Origin: an uncultured Verrucomicrobiae bacterium | GTDB lineage: Bacteria > Verrucomicrobiota > Verrucomicrobiia > Chthoniobacterales > JAFAMB01 | Length of the DNA stretch: 64,000 bases | Reading direction: 5' to 3' | NCBI GenBank assembly: GCA_963782115.1 | Contig: CAWAIK010000003.1 | Coordinates: 288,001 to 352,000, forward strand | In this document: positions 40,778 to 51,780 of the stretch, in pieces | Layout of the letters: every line of letters begins with the position of its first letter | Position numbering within the stretch: position 1 is the first letter of the stretch | Program-made: the position numbers and the translations under genes | Notes under the pieces: model-generated | Database searches by the model: none | Told to the model about the DNA's origin: nothing | Seen by the model: the letters and a program-made list of their open reading frames with translations, nothing else

Positions 40778-42072
40778 GTGAACGCCAGAATATGCTCGCA
40801 GATCGCATTCGACCATAGCGTGCCAATCGCCCTCTCAATCCTCGTTCTCATTTCAGGTTGTTCGCCGAAGGCTCCGGCCCCGACCGAATTGGTGCGCCCG
40901 TAAAAACGATAGTCGTGTCTGCTGGCTCGGAAACCAACGTACGGACATTTCCTGGAAGGGTTGAAGCCTCGAACAAGGTCGAGCTTGCATTCCAAGTGTC
41001 CGGATTGCTGGTCAGCTTGCCGGTCAGAGAGGGACAGCAAGTCACCACCAATGAGGTGATCGCCCAGCTTAGACAGGACGAATTCCAAGCCCGATTGAGA
41101 GCTCTACAAGGCCAGCTCGACCGGGCTCGGGCGGATCTTCAGGCTTTGCGCGCGGGCGTACGTCCCGAAGAGAGACTGCGACTGGAGGCCCAGGTCCGGG
41201 CTGCCGAGGCCAAGCTTGTGAATGCCCGGACGGAATTTGATCGCTCCACACAATTACTCCGGAACAGGACCATCTCGCGCGCGGAATTTGACCGCTCCGA
41301 AACCGGTTATACCGTGGCCCAGCAGAACTATCAGGCGGCCGTCCAGACGTTTGAGCAAGGGACGATCGCGCGTGAGGAAGACCTCCTGGCCAAGGAGGCC
41401 GAGGTCAACGGTCTCGAAGGCCAGCTGGTTGAGGCAAATCTTCAGCTCGAGGACTCTACTTTGCGCGCACCTTACGACGGCATTATCGCTCAACGGTTTG
41501 TCGAACAGGGGCAGAACATCCGCGCGAACGACCGGGTGGTGGTGTTTCAGGACGTTGACGAGATCGATATCGCCGTAGATGTCCCGGAGGCAGTCATGGC
41601 CGCCGACCTCCGCTCAGCCGACATCGTGCAGATGCTCGCGAGCTTTAATGCGGCACCCGGGCTTTTGTTTCCAGTCCATATTAAAGAGGTCGCGCAGAGA
41701 GCTGACCCCGTTACGCAGACATTCACGATCCGCGTCGGCATGAAGGCTCCTCCCGGCGTGAATTTGCTGCCTGGCATGACGGGCACCGTCACTCTCACGT
41801 ATCGCCGCGCCAGCATGCTGGGTGGCCAGATTTTGGTGCCGATGGCCGCGATAATCAAAGAGAGTACCGGAGCGGAAGTAGCATGGGCTATAGGGCCGGA
41901 TGGAAACGTGGAACGTCGCCCGGTGAAAACCGGCTCGGCCACGGGCAGCAGTATCGTGGTTTTGGAAGGACTGCAACCGGGCGAGCGTATCGCCGTGGCG
42001 GGAGTCCCGTTCCTTCGCGAGGGAATGAAGGTACGTGATCTGGGCGATCAACTTGAAAGCAATCGGCCATGA
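40778..42072 (+). pseudogene. RND efflux periplasmic adaptor subunit with a 1-bp frameshift after the lipoprotein signal
   Basis: GTG 40778 gives ...LVLISGCSPKAPAPTELVRP-stop (TAA 40901); the body PVKTIVV...LAFQVSG...LRAPYDG...LLPGMTG is in another frame. Confidence 0.75.
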
Positions 42073-45000
42073 ATCTCGGCGTCGCGTCCGTCCAAAAAAA
42101 CCGGGTCGTTTTTTTCTTCATGCTTTTCATCCTCGTGGGGGGGATATGGTCCTATCGAAATATCGGGCGGCTCGAGGATCCCGAGTTCACCATCAAGGAG
42201 GCGCTGATCATCACGCCCTACCCCGGGGCCAGCGCGGAGGAGGTCGCCCACGAGGTCACCAACCCGATCGAAAGCGCTTGTCAGCAACTTGGTCAGCTTA
42301 AGCGTGTGGATTCGGAGTCCACCCGCGGCCGGTCGCTGGTTAGTGCCATCATCAAGGACCAATATCATCGGGAATTGATCCCGCAGGTCTGGGACGAACT
42401 CCGCCGCAAAATCGCCGACGTCCAATCCAGACTGCCCCCTTCCGCACGCGGGCGCTCGGTGGTGATCGACGATTTCGGGGACGTTTACGATATCTTTCTG
42501 ACGATTACCGGAGAGGGCTTCTCCTACCCCGAGCTACGCCGCTACTCCGAGTTCCTCCGCCGCGAGCTCCAGACGGTGCAGGATGTGAAGAAAGTCGATC
42601 TTTTTGCCGAGCAGCAGGAGACGGTCTTTCTCGAAATCTCGCGGCAGCGCCTCGCGCAGCTCGGGATCAACGAAGATCAAATTTACGCCCAGCTCCAAGC
42701 GAAAAATGTCGTCGCCGATGGCGGACGGGTGCGCGTCGGCACAGAATATCCTGCGCTTGATCCAACGGGCGGCTTTCGGTCGGCCGATGAAATGCTGGAT
42801 CTGGCCATCGGATCAGATCGTACGGGCCGGCAGCTCCACCTTCGGGACGTGGCCACGCTGGAACGCAGCGACGAAGAGCCGCCACGGCGGTTGCTCAAGT
42901 TCGACGGCAAGCCGGCCATAGGCTTGGGGATTTCGACGGTGCAGGGCGGCAACGTCGTGACTATGGGTGAGGGCGTTCGGCTGAAGCTGGAGGAGTTGAA
43001 GCACAATCAGCCGATCGGGATCGAGATCGGCGAAATCAACTTCCAGTCCGAGGCGGTCACCGTCGCGACCAATGCCTTCGCTTTCAACCTGGTCAAGGCG
43101 GTCGCTATCGTATTTGTGGTGCTTCTGTTCGCGATGGGTCTGCGGGCCGGGACGATGATCGGAGTCGTGCTGCTGTTGACGATTCTGGCGACGATCATGG
43201 TGATGTATTTCAACAACATTCTGTTGGAGCGCATTTCCCTGGGTGCGTTCATCATCGCGCTCTGCATGCTCACGGATAATGCGATCGTCATCACCGAGGG
43301 AATGAAGGTCCGCATCGAGAGCGGCGAAGACAAAATCGCGGTCATTCGTGAAACGGTATCGCAGTGCCAATGGCCGCTCTTCGGGGCAACCGCCATTGCC
43401 GTGATCGCCTTTGCGGCAATCGGGCTGTCGGAGGACAATACGGGCGAGTATTGCAATTCACTTTTTTGGGTCATCTTCATCTCCCTGGCCATCAGCTGGG
43501 TCGCGGCAATTACATTCACACCGCTGCTGGGTTACCTGCTTTTCAGGCCGAACGCGGATGCGGCGAAGCGTGATCCGTACGCGGGGCGGCTTTTCGTTGC
43601 TTACCGGCGCTTCCTTGTGACTGCACTGCGCTTCCGTTGGGTGGTGCTGATTTTTTCGATTGGAATGTTCCTGGCAGCGCTCTACGGGTTCGGCCTGGTT
43701 AAGCAGAGCTTTTTCCCGCCCGCGACCCGGCCACAGTTTCTGGTGGATGTCTATCTGCCTGCAGGCACCCATATTCGCGAATCGGAGGCGTTTGCCGACA
43801 CCGTCCAGCGCTTTATTCAGAGCCAGCCCGGAGTCACCCATGTCTCGTCTTTCATCGGAGGCGGCGGTCTCCGCTTCCTGCTCGTCTATAATCCGGAAAG
43901 GAACAACCGAGCCTACGTAGAGTTTCTGGTTAATGTGAATGACGAACACAAGATCGACGGGCTGCAGACCACTGTTCAGAAGTACCTCGACGAGAATCAC
44001 CCGAACGCCAATGCCATCGCCAAGAAGTTTCTCCTGGGTCCCGGTCAGGGCGGCCGGATTCAGGCAAGATTCAGCGGTCCCGAGCCTGACCAGCTGCGCG
44101 CGCTCGCCGACGAGGCGGTCAATATCATCCGCGATGATGGGGGCGCCATTTGCGTGCGGCATGACTGGCGGGAACGTGAAACAGTGGTTCGCCCCCGCCT
44201 GCTCGAACAGCCCGCGCTACGGAACGGGATCACCCGGGTGGAAGTAGCACAGGCCCTGGAAACCGGATTCGACGGACGCACCGTAGGCTTCTATCGAGAG
44301 CCGGGAGATGTTGGCACCGGAGTGTACCCGCAGGAGTCCCGGCTGCTGCCGATCGTTGCCCGTCCGCCACTTGCCGAGCGCAACGACGTCAACCAGGTCC
44401 ACAGCCTGCAGATCTGGAGCCCGGTTGCGGGGCGAATGATCCCTCTCAGCCAGGTAGCCGCGGGCACCGAGGTTGCCTGGGAAGACCCCGTAGTGATGCG
44501 CCGCGACCGCTTTCCGACTATAACCGTCCATGCTGATCCACGTACCGGATTGCCTAGCGAACTGTTCAACCGTGTGCGGCCCGCCATCGAGAAAATCAAA
44601 CTGCTCCCTGGCTACTCACTGGAATGGGGCGGTGAGTACGAGGATTCCCGCGACGCTCGCGCCGCCCTGGCCAGGCCGCTTCCACTCGCGGTGGTGCTCA
44701 TGGTGCTCATCGTGGTGTGGATCTTCAACTCGACCCGCGCGACTCTGGTGATCTGCCTCACGGTCCCGCTGGCTATCATCGGTGTGACGGCAGGGCTACT
44801 CCTCACGGGACAACCTTTTGGCTTCATGGCCCTGCTAGGGGCGATCGCTTTGGCCGGCGAACAGATTAAAAACTCCATTGTCCTCGTGGATGAATTTAAA
44901 ACCCAGAGATTCGACCTCGGCAAACCAACTTACGAAGCGATTGTCACAGGCAGCGTAAGCCGGTTGCGGCCGGTAATGCTTGTTGCCGTCACCACGGTAC

Positions 45001-45164
45001 TTGGCATGATCCCGCTCCTCCAGGATCCCTTCTTCTCGGCCATGGCAGTGACCATTATGTTCGGTCTCGCATTTGCTTGCTTCCTGACAATGATTGTCGT
45101 GCCTGTGCTTTACGCCATTTTCTTCAAGGCCCACGAACCATCCGGGTTTCCAGGCGGCAGTTGA
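42069..45164 (+). CDS. RND efflux permease (AcrB/AcrD/AcrF family)
   Basis: 1031 aa; GRLEDPEFTIK, YPGASAEEV, LTDNAIV, SRLRPVML, LGMIPL. Confidence 0.95.
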   Translation: MNLGVASVQKNRVVFFFMLFILVGGIWSYRNIGRLEDPEFTIKEALIITPYPGASAEEVAHEVTNPIESACQQLGQLKRVDSESTRGRSLVSAIIKDQYHRELIPQVWDELRRKIADVQSRLPPSARGRSVVIDDFGDVYDIFLTITGEGFSYPELRRYSEFLRRELQTVQDVKKVDLFAEQQETVFLEISRQRLAQLGINEDQIYAQLQAKNVVADGGRVRVGTEYPALDPTGGFRSADEMLDLAIGSDRTGRQLHLRDVATLERSDEEPPRRLLKFDGKPAIGLGISTVQGGNVVTMGEGVRLKLEELKHNQPIGIEIGEINFQSEAVTVATNAFAFNLVKAVAIVFVVLLFAMGLRAGTMIGVVLLLTILATIMVMYFNNILLERISLGAFIIALCMLTDNAIVITEGMKVRIESGEDKIAVIRETVSQCQWPLFGATAIAVIAFAAIGLSEDNTGEYCNSLFWVIFISLAISWVAAITFTPLLGYLLFRPNADAAKRDPYAGRLFVAYRRFLVTALRFRWVVLIFSIGMFLAALYGFGLVKQSFFPPATRPQFLVDVYLPAGTHIRESEAFADTVQRFIQSQPGVTHVSSFIGGGGLRFLLVYNPERNNRAYVEFLVNVNDEHKIDGLQTTVQKYLDENHPNANAIAKKFLLGPGQGGRIQARFSGPEPDQLRALADEAVNIIRDDGGAICVRHDWRERETVVRPRLLEQPALRNGITRVEVAQALETGFDGRTVGFYREPGDVGTGVYPQESRLLPIVARPPLAERNDVNQVHSLQIWSPVAGRMIPLSQVAAGTEVAWEDPVVMRRDRFPTITVHADPRTGLPSELFNRVRPAIEKIKLLPGYSLEWGGEYEDSRDARAALARPLPLAVVLMVLIVVWIFNSTRATLVICLTVPLAIIGVTAGLLLTGQPFGFMALLGAIALAGEQIKNSIVLVDEFKTQRFDLGKPTYEAIVTGSVSRLRPVMLVAVTTVLGMIPLLQDPFFSAMAVTIMFGLAFACFLTMIVVPVLYAIFFKAHEPSGFPGGS

Positions 45165-45273
45165 TGTGACAATCTGCCATTCATAAGCGGCTCTCACCGC
45201 TCTACTTTGTCAAATGCGCGGGTTGCGCGAACGATATCCATCGGCATGAAACAGCTGCCACTTTGGAACGAAG

Positions 45274-46632
45274 ATGAATACCAAATCAGGTAGTTCCTGG
45301 CGGGGCGGACACTGGTTTTTGGGCGCTGTGATTGTTGCCTGCCTGCTCCTTGCAGGCCGCCCCGCGAGTGCGCAGTCTGCCACCAAGCCGGCGGCCACTG
45401 CACTGCCACTGAACATCCAGTCGAGCTCCGACCCGTCCATGCACACGATCGAATCGTCCAACCTTGACGCCGATTTTTCGCCGGGTGAAAAAACGACCAA
45501 TGCCCCTGCTGAACTCGATGAAATTAACGCTTTGCACGACGGCTATCTGAATTCCACCGGCATAGATGGGCCGCTCGATCTTCTCGCAATTCCTTTAAGA
45601 TCGCTTTATGAAGCGACGGGACTGCGGCTCGGCGCTGCCAACACCATGCTCTTCATGGACCCCATCGGAGGCCAGAGTTCCAAATACGGCGCGGCCTACG
45701 ATCTCGACGTCATCTCGTCATGGACGCTTATCGGGCGAGGCACCGAAGATACCGGACGGCTTGTCGCTACTTTCGAATACCGGGAAAGAATCGGTGACCA
45801 GCCGCCGTCAGCCCTTGGTGCGCAGATGGGAACACTTGTCGCTCCCACGGGCGCATTTAACGATCGCCGAGCAGTCGTCCGTGACCTGTATTGGGTCCAG
45901 AGACTCTTCGATGCGCGGCTCCGCATTCTCATTGGCCGCGCTGACCCATCCGATTACTTCGGAGCCATTTGGTTGGGAAATGTCAACAACTCGTTCGTCA
46001 ACCGGAGCTTTTCGGCGAACCCCGCCATCCCTTTTCCAGGTCACGGTCCGATGCTCGGTTTCTCGATCCGCCCGACCGACCTTTTTTATGTCACTGCCGG
46101 CGCGAGCAACGCTTACAGCCGGACCACCCTGGTTGAGATTAACTCCCTCTTCGATGAATGGGACCTCTTCGAGTTCGGTGAGGTTGGCTATACACCGACT
46201 TTCGCAGGGCTTGGGGAAGGTCGATACTCCATTGGGCTGTGGCACATGGACGCACGGAAAAAGTTGGCGTTGCCTGAGGACGAAGGGATGACGGTCATCC
46301 TTAATCAAAACCTTGGCGATACACTTCAAGTCTTCGCTCGGTATGCCTACTCTGACGGGACCCTCACGAATGTGCGGCAAATCGCACAAGCGGGCCTGGG
46401 AATCAGTGGCTTGCTCGGCAGGAAGGATGACCTTACGGGCGCCGCCTTTTCCGTCAACATCCCACGTAGCAGCGCCTCTCGGACGGAAACCGTCCTCGAA
46501 GTCTTCCATCGCTTTCAGGTAAGCAATCATAACCAGTTCTCGCTGGGCCTCCAGCTCATTGCCAACCCAGGGAACGCCACGGAAAATGAGACTGCCGGCG
46601 TATTCTACGCCCGGTGGCGTATTTCTTTCTGA
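45274..46632 (+). CDS. Carbohydrate-selective porin (OprB family)
   Basis: Signal peptide, LYWVQRL, FARYAY, EVFHRFQ, LQLIANP, C-terminal Phe. Confidence 0.75.
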   Translation: MNTKSGSSWRGGHWFLGAVIVACLLLAGRPASAQSATKPAATALPLNIQSSSDPSMHTIESSNLDADFSPGEKTTNAPAELDEINALHDGYLNSTGIDGPLDLLAIPLRSLYEATGLRLGAANTMLFMDPIGGQSSKYGAAYDLDVISSWTLIGRGTEDTGRLVATFEYRERIGDQPPSALGAQMGTLVAPTGAFNDRRAVVRDLYWVQRLFDARLRILIGRADPSDYFGAIWLGNVNNSFVNRSFSANPAIPFPGHGPMLGFSIRPTDLFYVTAGASNAYSRTTLVEINSLFDEWDLFEFGEVGYTPTFAGLGEGRYSIGLWHMDARKKLALPEDEGMTVILNQNLGDTLQVFARYAYSDGTLTNVRQIAQAGLGISGLLGRKDDLTGAAFSVNIPRSSASRTETVLEVFHRFQVSNHNQFSLGLQLIANPGNATENETAGVFYARWRISF

Positions 46633-46653
46633 GTCCGGTCACGGTTCCTTCGG

Positions 46654-46730
46654 GGTTCGGCGTTCAACGTTCAACGTTCAACGTTCAACGTCCGAACGCC
46701 GAACGCCGACGCTGAACGTTGAACGCTGAA
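46654..46730. repeat. Heptamer tandem array with an inverted half (hairpin)
   Basis: (CGTTCAA)x4 at 46661-46688 followed by reverse-oriented GAACGCC/TGAACG units. Confidence 0.85.
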
Positions 46731-46925
46731 ATATCCAGAAAAAGCTTGCACGAAATCTTCGTATGGCTAGGCATACTAACCTCACGCTTCGGCAGTCGCG
46801 TTACGACAGTCACCGGGCTGGCTGTTTCGGGACCCCTGCCCGGACTGAACGACGTGAACCTAATTGTCATAAACGCCCTACAGTCGTCTACTCGGCGACC
46901 GTAGATTAACACCCCACTTCCAGCA

Positions 46926-47636
46926 ATGAATACAGAAAACTATTCCAGACGCCGATTTGTACGGCATGGTCTTACCTTGGCCGGAGTCACCTTTGCGTGG
47001 AGCACATTCCGGTCGAATAGTTCGGCTCGTCAGGTGAAAACAGGACAACCAGCGAGTCCGGACGAAGCGCTCGCTGAATTGTCAGCCGGGAGCAAACGTT
47101 ACGTAACGGGGCAGAACATTCACCATGACTTCGGGCCGGAACGCCCAGCACTCGCGCAAAGCCAGCATCCGTTCGCGATTATACTAGGGTGCGCCGATTC
47201 ACGTGTTGCGCCCGAGTTGGCGTTCGACCAGTCGCGCGGCCGACTGTTCGTGGTCCGTGTGGCCGGCAACTTTGTCGACGACAATGGGCTCGCCAGCATC
47301 GAATTCGGAGCAAGCGTGCTGGGCGCCTTTTTGATCATGGTCTTGGGCCACAACGAATGCGGGGCCTTAAAAGCTGCGGTCGATGTCGTCACAAAAAACG
47401 CGCAGCTTCCGGGACACCTGCCAGGACTCGTAGCGCACCTGAAAGCGCCAGTTGAGAAAGCTCAAAAGGAGACCGGATCGCTCGTCGATAATGCGATCCG
47501 CGAGAATGTTCTCCTTAACGTTGAAACTTTACGCAACTCCGAGCCGGTCCTTGCTGGTCTGGTCAAACAAAATCGGCTGCGCGTCGTTGGTGGCCTATAT
47601 GATCTCGCAACCGGCCGCGTGGAAGTTCTCAGTTAG
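46926..47636 (+). CDS. Beta-class carbonic anhydrase with Tat signal
   Basis: SRRRFVR; GCADSRV, VRVAGN, GHNECGA, GLYDLATGRV. Confidence 0.93.
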   Translation: MNTENYSRRRFVRHGLTLAGVTFAWSTFRSNSSARQVKTGQPASPDEALAELSAGSKRYVTGQNIHHDFGPERPALAQSQHPFAIILGCADSRVAPELAFDQSRGRLFVVRVAGNFVDDNGLASIEFGASVLGAFLIMVLGHNECGALKAAVDVVTKNAQLPGHLPGLVAHLKAPVEKAQKETGSLVDNAIRENVLLNVETLRNSEPVLAGLVKQNRLRVVGGLYDLATGRVEVLS

Positions 47637-47839
47637 TTTCCACTCAGACGTGGTAACGCCGTAACACCTATGCAGCCCAGAACTTTAAATTGATTCCGTC
47701 ACGAGGTCGTGCGCCAGCTGTCGGTTGTCAGTTGTCAGTGTCAGTTCCCAGTGGGGACTCGAGCGTTGGTGGTTGTGTGCATTTCGAATGAGAGGCACCC
47801 GGCAACGAAAGTTTTCTCGTCAACACTTCGGTGGAGTGA

Positions 47840-48154
47840 TCAGGGCTTCGACTTGCGACGCTGACTTCCCGCGTTTTTTGCTCTGGACCTTGCAACGATC
47901 CGCCACAGGAAGATCACTACCAGCGAGCCGACGAAGGCGGCGATGAGATCCTCAAAGGTGACCTTCAGCTCTCCGAGGCCGAAGTCGATTCTGAACAGTT
48001 TGAACAGCTCGCCGCCGATCACTGCGCCGATCATGCCCACCAGGAGGTTTGCCCAGCGGCCCAAGCCTTCCTTTTTGAAAGTGACAGCGCGCCCCGCGAG
48101 CGTTCCGGCGAAGCCTCCGACAATGATCCATACGATGATTTGGCCGATGTTCAT
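47840..48154 (-). CDS. GlsB/YeaQ/YmgE family stress response membrane protein
   Basis: IIVWIIVGGFAG, NLLVGMIGAVIGG, AAFVGSLVV. Confidence 0.85.
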   Translation of the reverse strand: MNIGQIIVWIIVGGFAGTLAGRAVTFKKEGLGRWANLLVGMIGAVIGGELFKLFRIDFGLGELKVTFEDLIAAFVGSLVVIFLWRIVARSRAKNAGSQRRKSKP

Positions 48155-48317
48155 ATGTTGGATGCCACACTTGATGCCGTGAGCCAACAGGAAGTGTTTT
48201 TGGCAATTCTGTCGGCTACATGCTTAGCAAGATCGATATTGAAACTACAGACTGTGAAGAAGTCCAGTGCAGTTTGACCGCACCCCAGCTTTCCTATAAT
48301 CGACTCAACGAGCGCGC

Positions 48318-50072
48318 GTGCACAAATTAAACTGGCAATTAACCGGGTTAACCCTGTTCAGCTGTGCTGCCATTTTCGCCGGTTGCTCGACCACCGAAAA
48401 AGAAGCACAACTTCCGCCTCTCATTCGCGCGGAACGTCAGCTGGCAAAAGCTGAGAGAATAAGGTCAGATCCCCTAGAGAAGCTGGCGGAAATTCTTCCC
48501 GTCGCGAGAGCCCTCACGATTGAAATCCGCAAAACATCCGGAGTGGCTGACAAAGAAGCATCGATTAGGATTTACAATCGCGCGGCGGTTGATTTAGCTG
48601 CCGAACTACCTCAAATAAATCAATATCGCGGTTCTCCTGGACCGTTTACCATTCGAAATCGTCACACTGGTGAAATCTTTCGGCTTCGACTAGCGTCGGC
48701 GAATCGCGCAGCATATCCTTCGACATATTTTCAGAAGCTTCTAGATGCTCGGAAGCTGCGAGTCAGGAGGCGGGAAGAAGCCGTTGTAACTCCGGGCCTG
48801 GGAGGAACACTCGTTGGTGTTCATCGTAGCGTCCCCCCTGGCTCGCCGCCGCCGAGGTTCGAACCGCCCAGCGGTTATCGGGTTCCGGTAACTTCGATTG
48901 TCGACTTTGGTCGCCCCAGTAATGAGGCGCCGGTCGAAGCCCGCCTCCGCCTCCTTAACCCTCTCCATCAGAATATGGTTGAAATTGGCGGCCAGCGTTT
49001 TCCACTGGCCGCGAATTTTTCAGCGCCTTTATTGTCTTACGGCCGTTTGAACGAGCTCTGGCTCGGATTCATCAACATGATTCGGGGCGAAAACATGCGG
49101 AGTGCTACCGGCCTCCTGCTGCCTCAACCGTATGATCCCAATCGGACACCCGTTATTTTTGTTCATGGACTTCTCTCTTCAAAATATATCTGGCGAAAAA
49201 CTGCTTTGGCTCTCTTACAAGATCCAGAGATTCGGCGGCGCTACCAGTTTTGGGTATTTTCCTATCCGACCGGCAACCCTATCTCTTTTTCCGCCTTAAA
49301 TTTGCGAGAAGACCTGGCGTTCGCGCAAAAGCGCTTCGGTCTGAAGGACGGCGTTGTACTGATAGGTCACAGCATGGGAGGTTTGCTTTCCCGGATGCAG
49401 GTTACCAATTCCGGAAGAACGATCTGGAATGCAGCCTTAGGCCCAAGGGCTCAGGAGCTCTACTTGCGGATTCCGAATGATTCTCGGATCAAGCGAGCTC
49501 TAATTTTTCAGGCAAATCCGGCGATCAACCGAGTTATCTTTATTGCCACGCCACACCGCGGAAGCCGCCTGGCTGTGGGCGGAATCGGTGCGCTTGCTAT
49601 CTGGCTAATCCGGTTACCCTTAGATCTATGGCATGAGATTTCGGAAACGATTGCTGACGCCTTAGACCTTAAAGGCAACCATACGATCATTCCGACCAGC
49701 ATCCACGGGCTCTCGCCAAATTCGCCGCTGTTGCATGCGCTCGATCGGCTTCCAATCCAGGCAGTCCATCATTCAATCATCGGTGATCGCGGACGGGGTG
49801 ACACTCCAAACAGCTCGGACGGAGTCGTGCCCTACTCGAGTTCTCACCTCGCTTCAGCCCAGTCCGAAAAGATTGTACCGAGCGGGCACGAAGCGATGGA
49901 TGATCCGAACGCAGTCGAAGAGATTCGCCGGATCTTGCTCTTGAACCTCGGCATCCGCGAAAATCGGCCTTCAACAGCAAGCGTGAGGATGGAATTCTTC
50001 CGGCACTCGTGCCACATCAGGACTCGGGACACGGCGAATTCGCCGGGTGGAGCGTCCAGCAAACAGGAGTGA
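48318..50072 (+). CDS. Alpha/beta hydrolase lipoprotein (esterase/lipase-like)
   Basis: Lipobox FAGC; PYDPNRTPVIFVHGL, GHSMGG, IATPHRGS, SDGVVPYSSSH. Confidence 0.88.
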   Translation: MHKLNWQLTGLTLFSCAAIFAGCSTTEKEAQLPPLIRAERQLAKAERIRSDPLEKLAEILPVARALTIEIRKTSGVADKEASIRIYNRAAVDLAAELPQINQYRGSPGPFTIRNRHTGEIFRLRLASANRAAYPSTYFQKLLDARKLRVRRREEAVVTPGLGGTLVGVHRSVPPGSPPPRFEPPSGYRVPVTSIVDFGRPSNEAPVEARLRLLNPLHQNMVEIGGQRFPLAANFSAPLLSYGRLNELWLGFINMIRGENMRSATGLLLPQPYDPNRTPVIFVHGLLSSKYIWRKTALALLQDPEIRRRYQFWVFSYPTGNPISFSALNLREDLAFAQKRFGLKDGVVLIGHSMGGLLSRMQVTNSGRTIWNAALGPRAQELYLRIPNDSRIKRALIFQANPAINRVIFIATPHRGSRLAVGGIGALAIWLIRLPLDLWHEISETIADALDLKGNHTIIPTSIHGLSPNSPLLHALDRLPIQAVHHSIIGDRGRGDTPNSSDGVVPYSSSHLASAQSEKIVPSGHEAMDDPNAVEEIRRILLLNLGIRENRPSTASVRMEFFRHSCHIRTRDTANSPGGASSKQE

Positions 50073-50270
50073 CCACTATCAGTCTTTATTGCGGGACTCT
50101 GCTGTCCGAAATAATTGGTGACAATTACGGATGACGTTGGCGGCGGAAGCTCGGTCCGTTCTGGGGCCCGTACAAGGCCGAACGCATTTTATTGGCTAAC
50201 CCCCGGCTAAAGCCTGGTATGTGTTAGCGCGATGTATCCGGAAGGACCGAGGACGAGTTCATGGGGAGAC

Positions 50271-50641
50271 GATTACGATTTCAGAACGAGTGCGAGAGAA
50301 GAGAAGGAGAACTTGGAACTCGAACTCCGGTTCCCTGCGCTGATCTATCTAGATGTGGCTCCACGGGTAGGCCGTATCTATCGAAAGAACTGTCTTTGTG
50401 ACCTTTGTGATCTGTGCAAATGATTTTTCTTCGTCCCCCCGGCACTAAGACAGAAAAAAAGCAAAAGTCATTTTTGAACAGAAGATCGCAAAGATCACAA
50501 AGAGTCACTGTCTTTTAAGAGCTATCGGAGGCACCTGGGCCTGCGTTGTCTAAATCGCGATCAGCAAGAACGAAACGCTCATTAATCCCCACTTGTCCTC
50601 TTGTTCTGAAATCGTAATCATCGGCGTTCTCGACTTCTATG
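50271..50641. repeat. Dispersed ~290-bp repeat, copy 2, inside a 17-bp inverted repeat
   Basis: 50350-50641 matches 29072-29362; GATTACGATTTCAGAAC (50271-50287) pairs with 50603-50619. Confidence 0.9.
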
Positions 50642-50700
50642 TGGACCCAAATATTATCCTTGTTGATCGATAGGTGGGTCGTCTAGACCATTTTTCAACT

Positions 50701-51225
50701 ATGAACAGCAAAAGTCGCGGCTGGCTTATCACTGGCTCCATTCTCTCTATCATCGTTGGGCTTCTGGCTCTGAGTTCCCCGCTGCTATTCTCCTTTCTCA
50801 TCGTGCAGCTTCTTGGTGTATTTGCCTTGGTCAGCGGCGTGATCTCCCTATTGACTGCCATTTTTGACAAAGACGTTGCTCCGCGCGGACTCAACGCCGT
50901 TTTCGCACTGGTTCGAATCGGCGCGGGACTGGCTTTGCTCTCTTGTGTCCGCTCCGGGTTGAATCTGATCATGCTTGTCTTCGCCGTCTATTTGATCGTC
51001 GAAGGCATTTTCGACATCTTCGGCGCGCTCAAGATGCGAGAGCAAAGGGGCCGGATTTTCATGCTGATCAATGGCGTGGTCACGATCGTGCTGGGCCTGA
51101 TGGTTTACGCTCACTGGCCTTGGGGTTCCGCCTGGGTTCTGGGGCTATTTTTCGGCATCAACTTACTTTTTAATGGCTTTTCGCAGTTAATGCTCGGTCT
51201 CTCCGGTTCGACCACCGTAGCATGA
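50701..51225 (+). CDS. HdeD/DUF308 family membrane protein
   Basis: Six-TM pattern GSILSIIVGLLAL, LINGVVTIVLG, WPWGSAWVLGLFFGINLLFNG. Confidence 0.85.
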   Translation: MNSKSRGWLITGSILSIIVGLLALSSPLLFSFLIVQLLGVFALVSGVISLLTAIFDKDVAPRGLNAVFALVRIGAGLALLSCVRSGLNLIMLVFAVYLIVEGIFDIFGALKMREQRGRIFMLINGVVTIVLGLMVYAHWPWGSAWVLGLFFGINLLFNGFSQLMLGLSGSTTVA

Positions 51226-51493
51226 TCCCTGCTTTGCGATGGCTCATCCCACTGGAATGCCAACGCAAGACGTCTCAACAGCGTCGAGCCGCGTTGTTCC
51301 GATTGCCGGAATCACTGAAAGTGACTCTAACCATCTTCGTAACATTCGGGTCTCAAAATACAATGGGCGAGAGTTACTGGGGTTGCGGGCTAGTGTCCGG
51401 TGCAAAGTATTAACGAGCGTTCGCGAACCGCTCGCTAAAGTACGGCCGGATTCATCCTGCAGCATATAAACAAATGAGAGATGGGTGGACGTA

Positions 51494-51720
51494 TTAGGTC
51501 GAAGAATTCTCACCGATCCAGGTCGCCCCGCCTGCCAGATCGATGTCAGTGAACCGCAGGTTCAGCATATTACCGGGAAATCGACCTCCCATCACCGGCA
51601 GAAGAGTTCTCGTAACATCTTGGGTGAAGATTGACGTTGAGGACAGGACGGAGCGACCCTGGACACTAAAGTCCGTGAAGGTTTGTGGACTAACATACTG
51701 AACCGTCACAACGGCGCCGG
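51494..51720 (-). pseudogene. N-terminal remnant of a DUF3016 domain protein
   Basis: VTVQYVSPQTFTDF...LRFTDIDLAG, then truncated. Confidence 0.55.
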
Positions 51721-51780
51721 GACCGCCAACTCTGGCGGCCGCCCCGCCTTCGGTAGTGCAGCCGGTGCCACTTCAGGACA

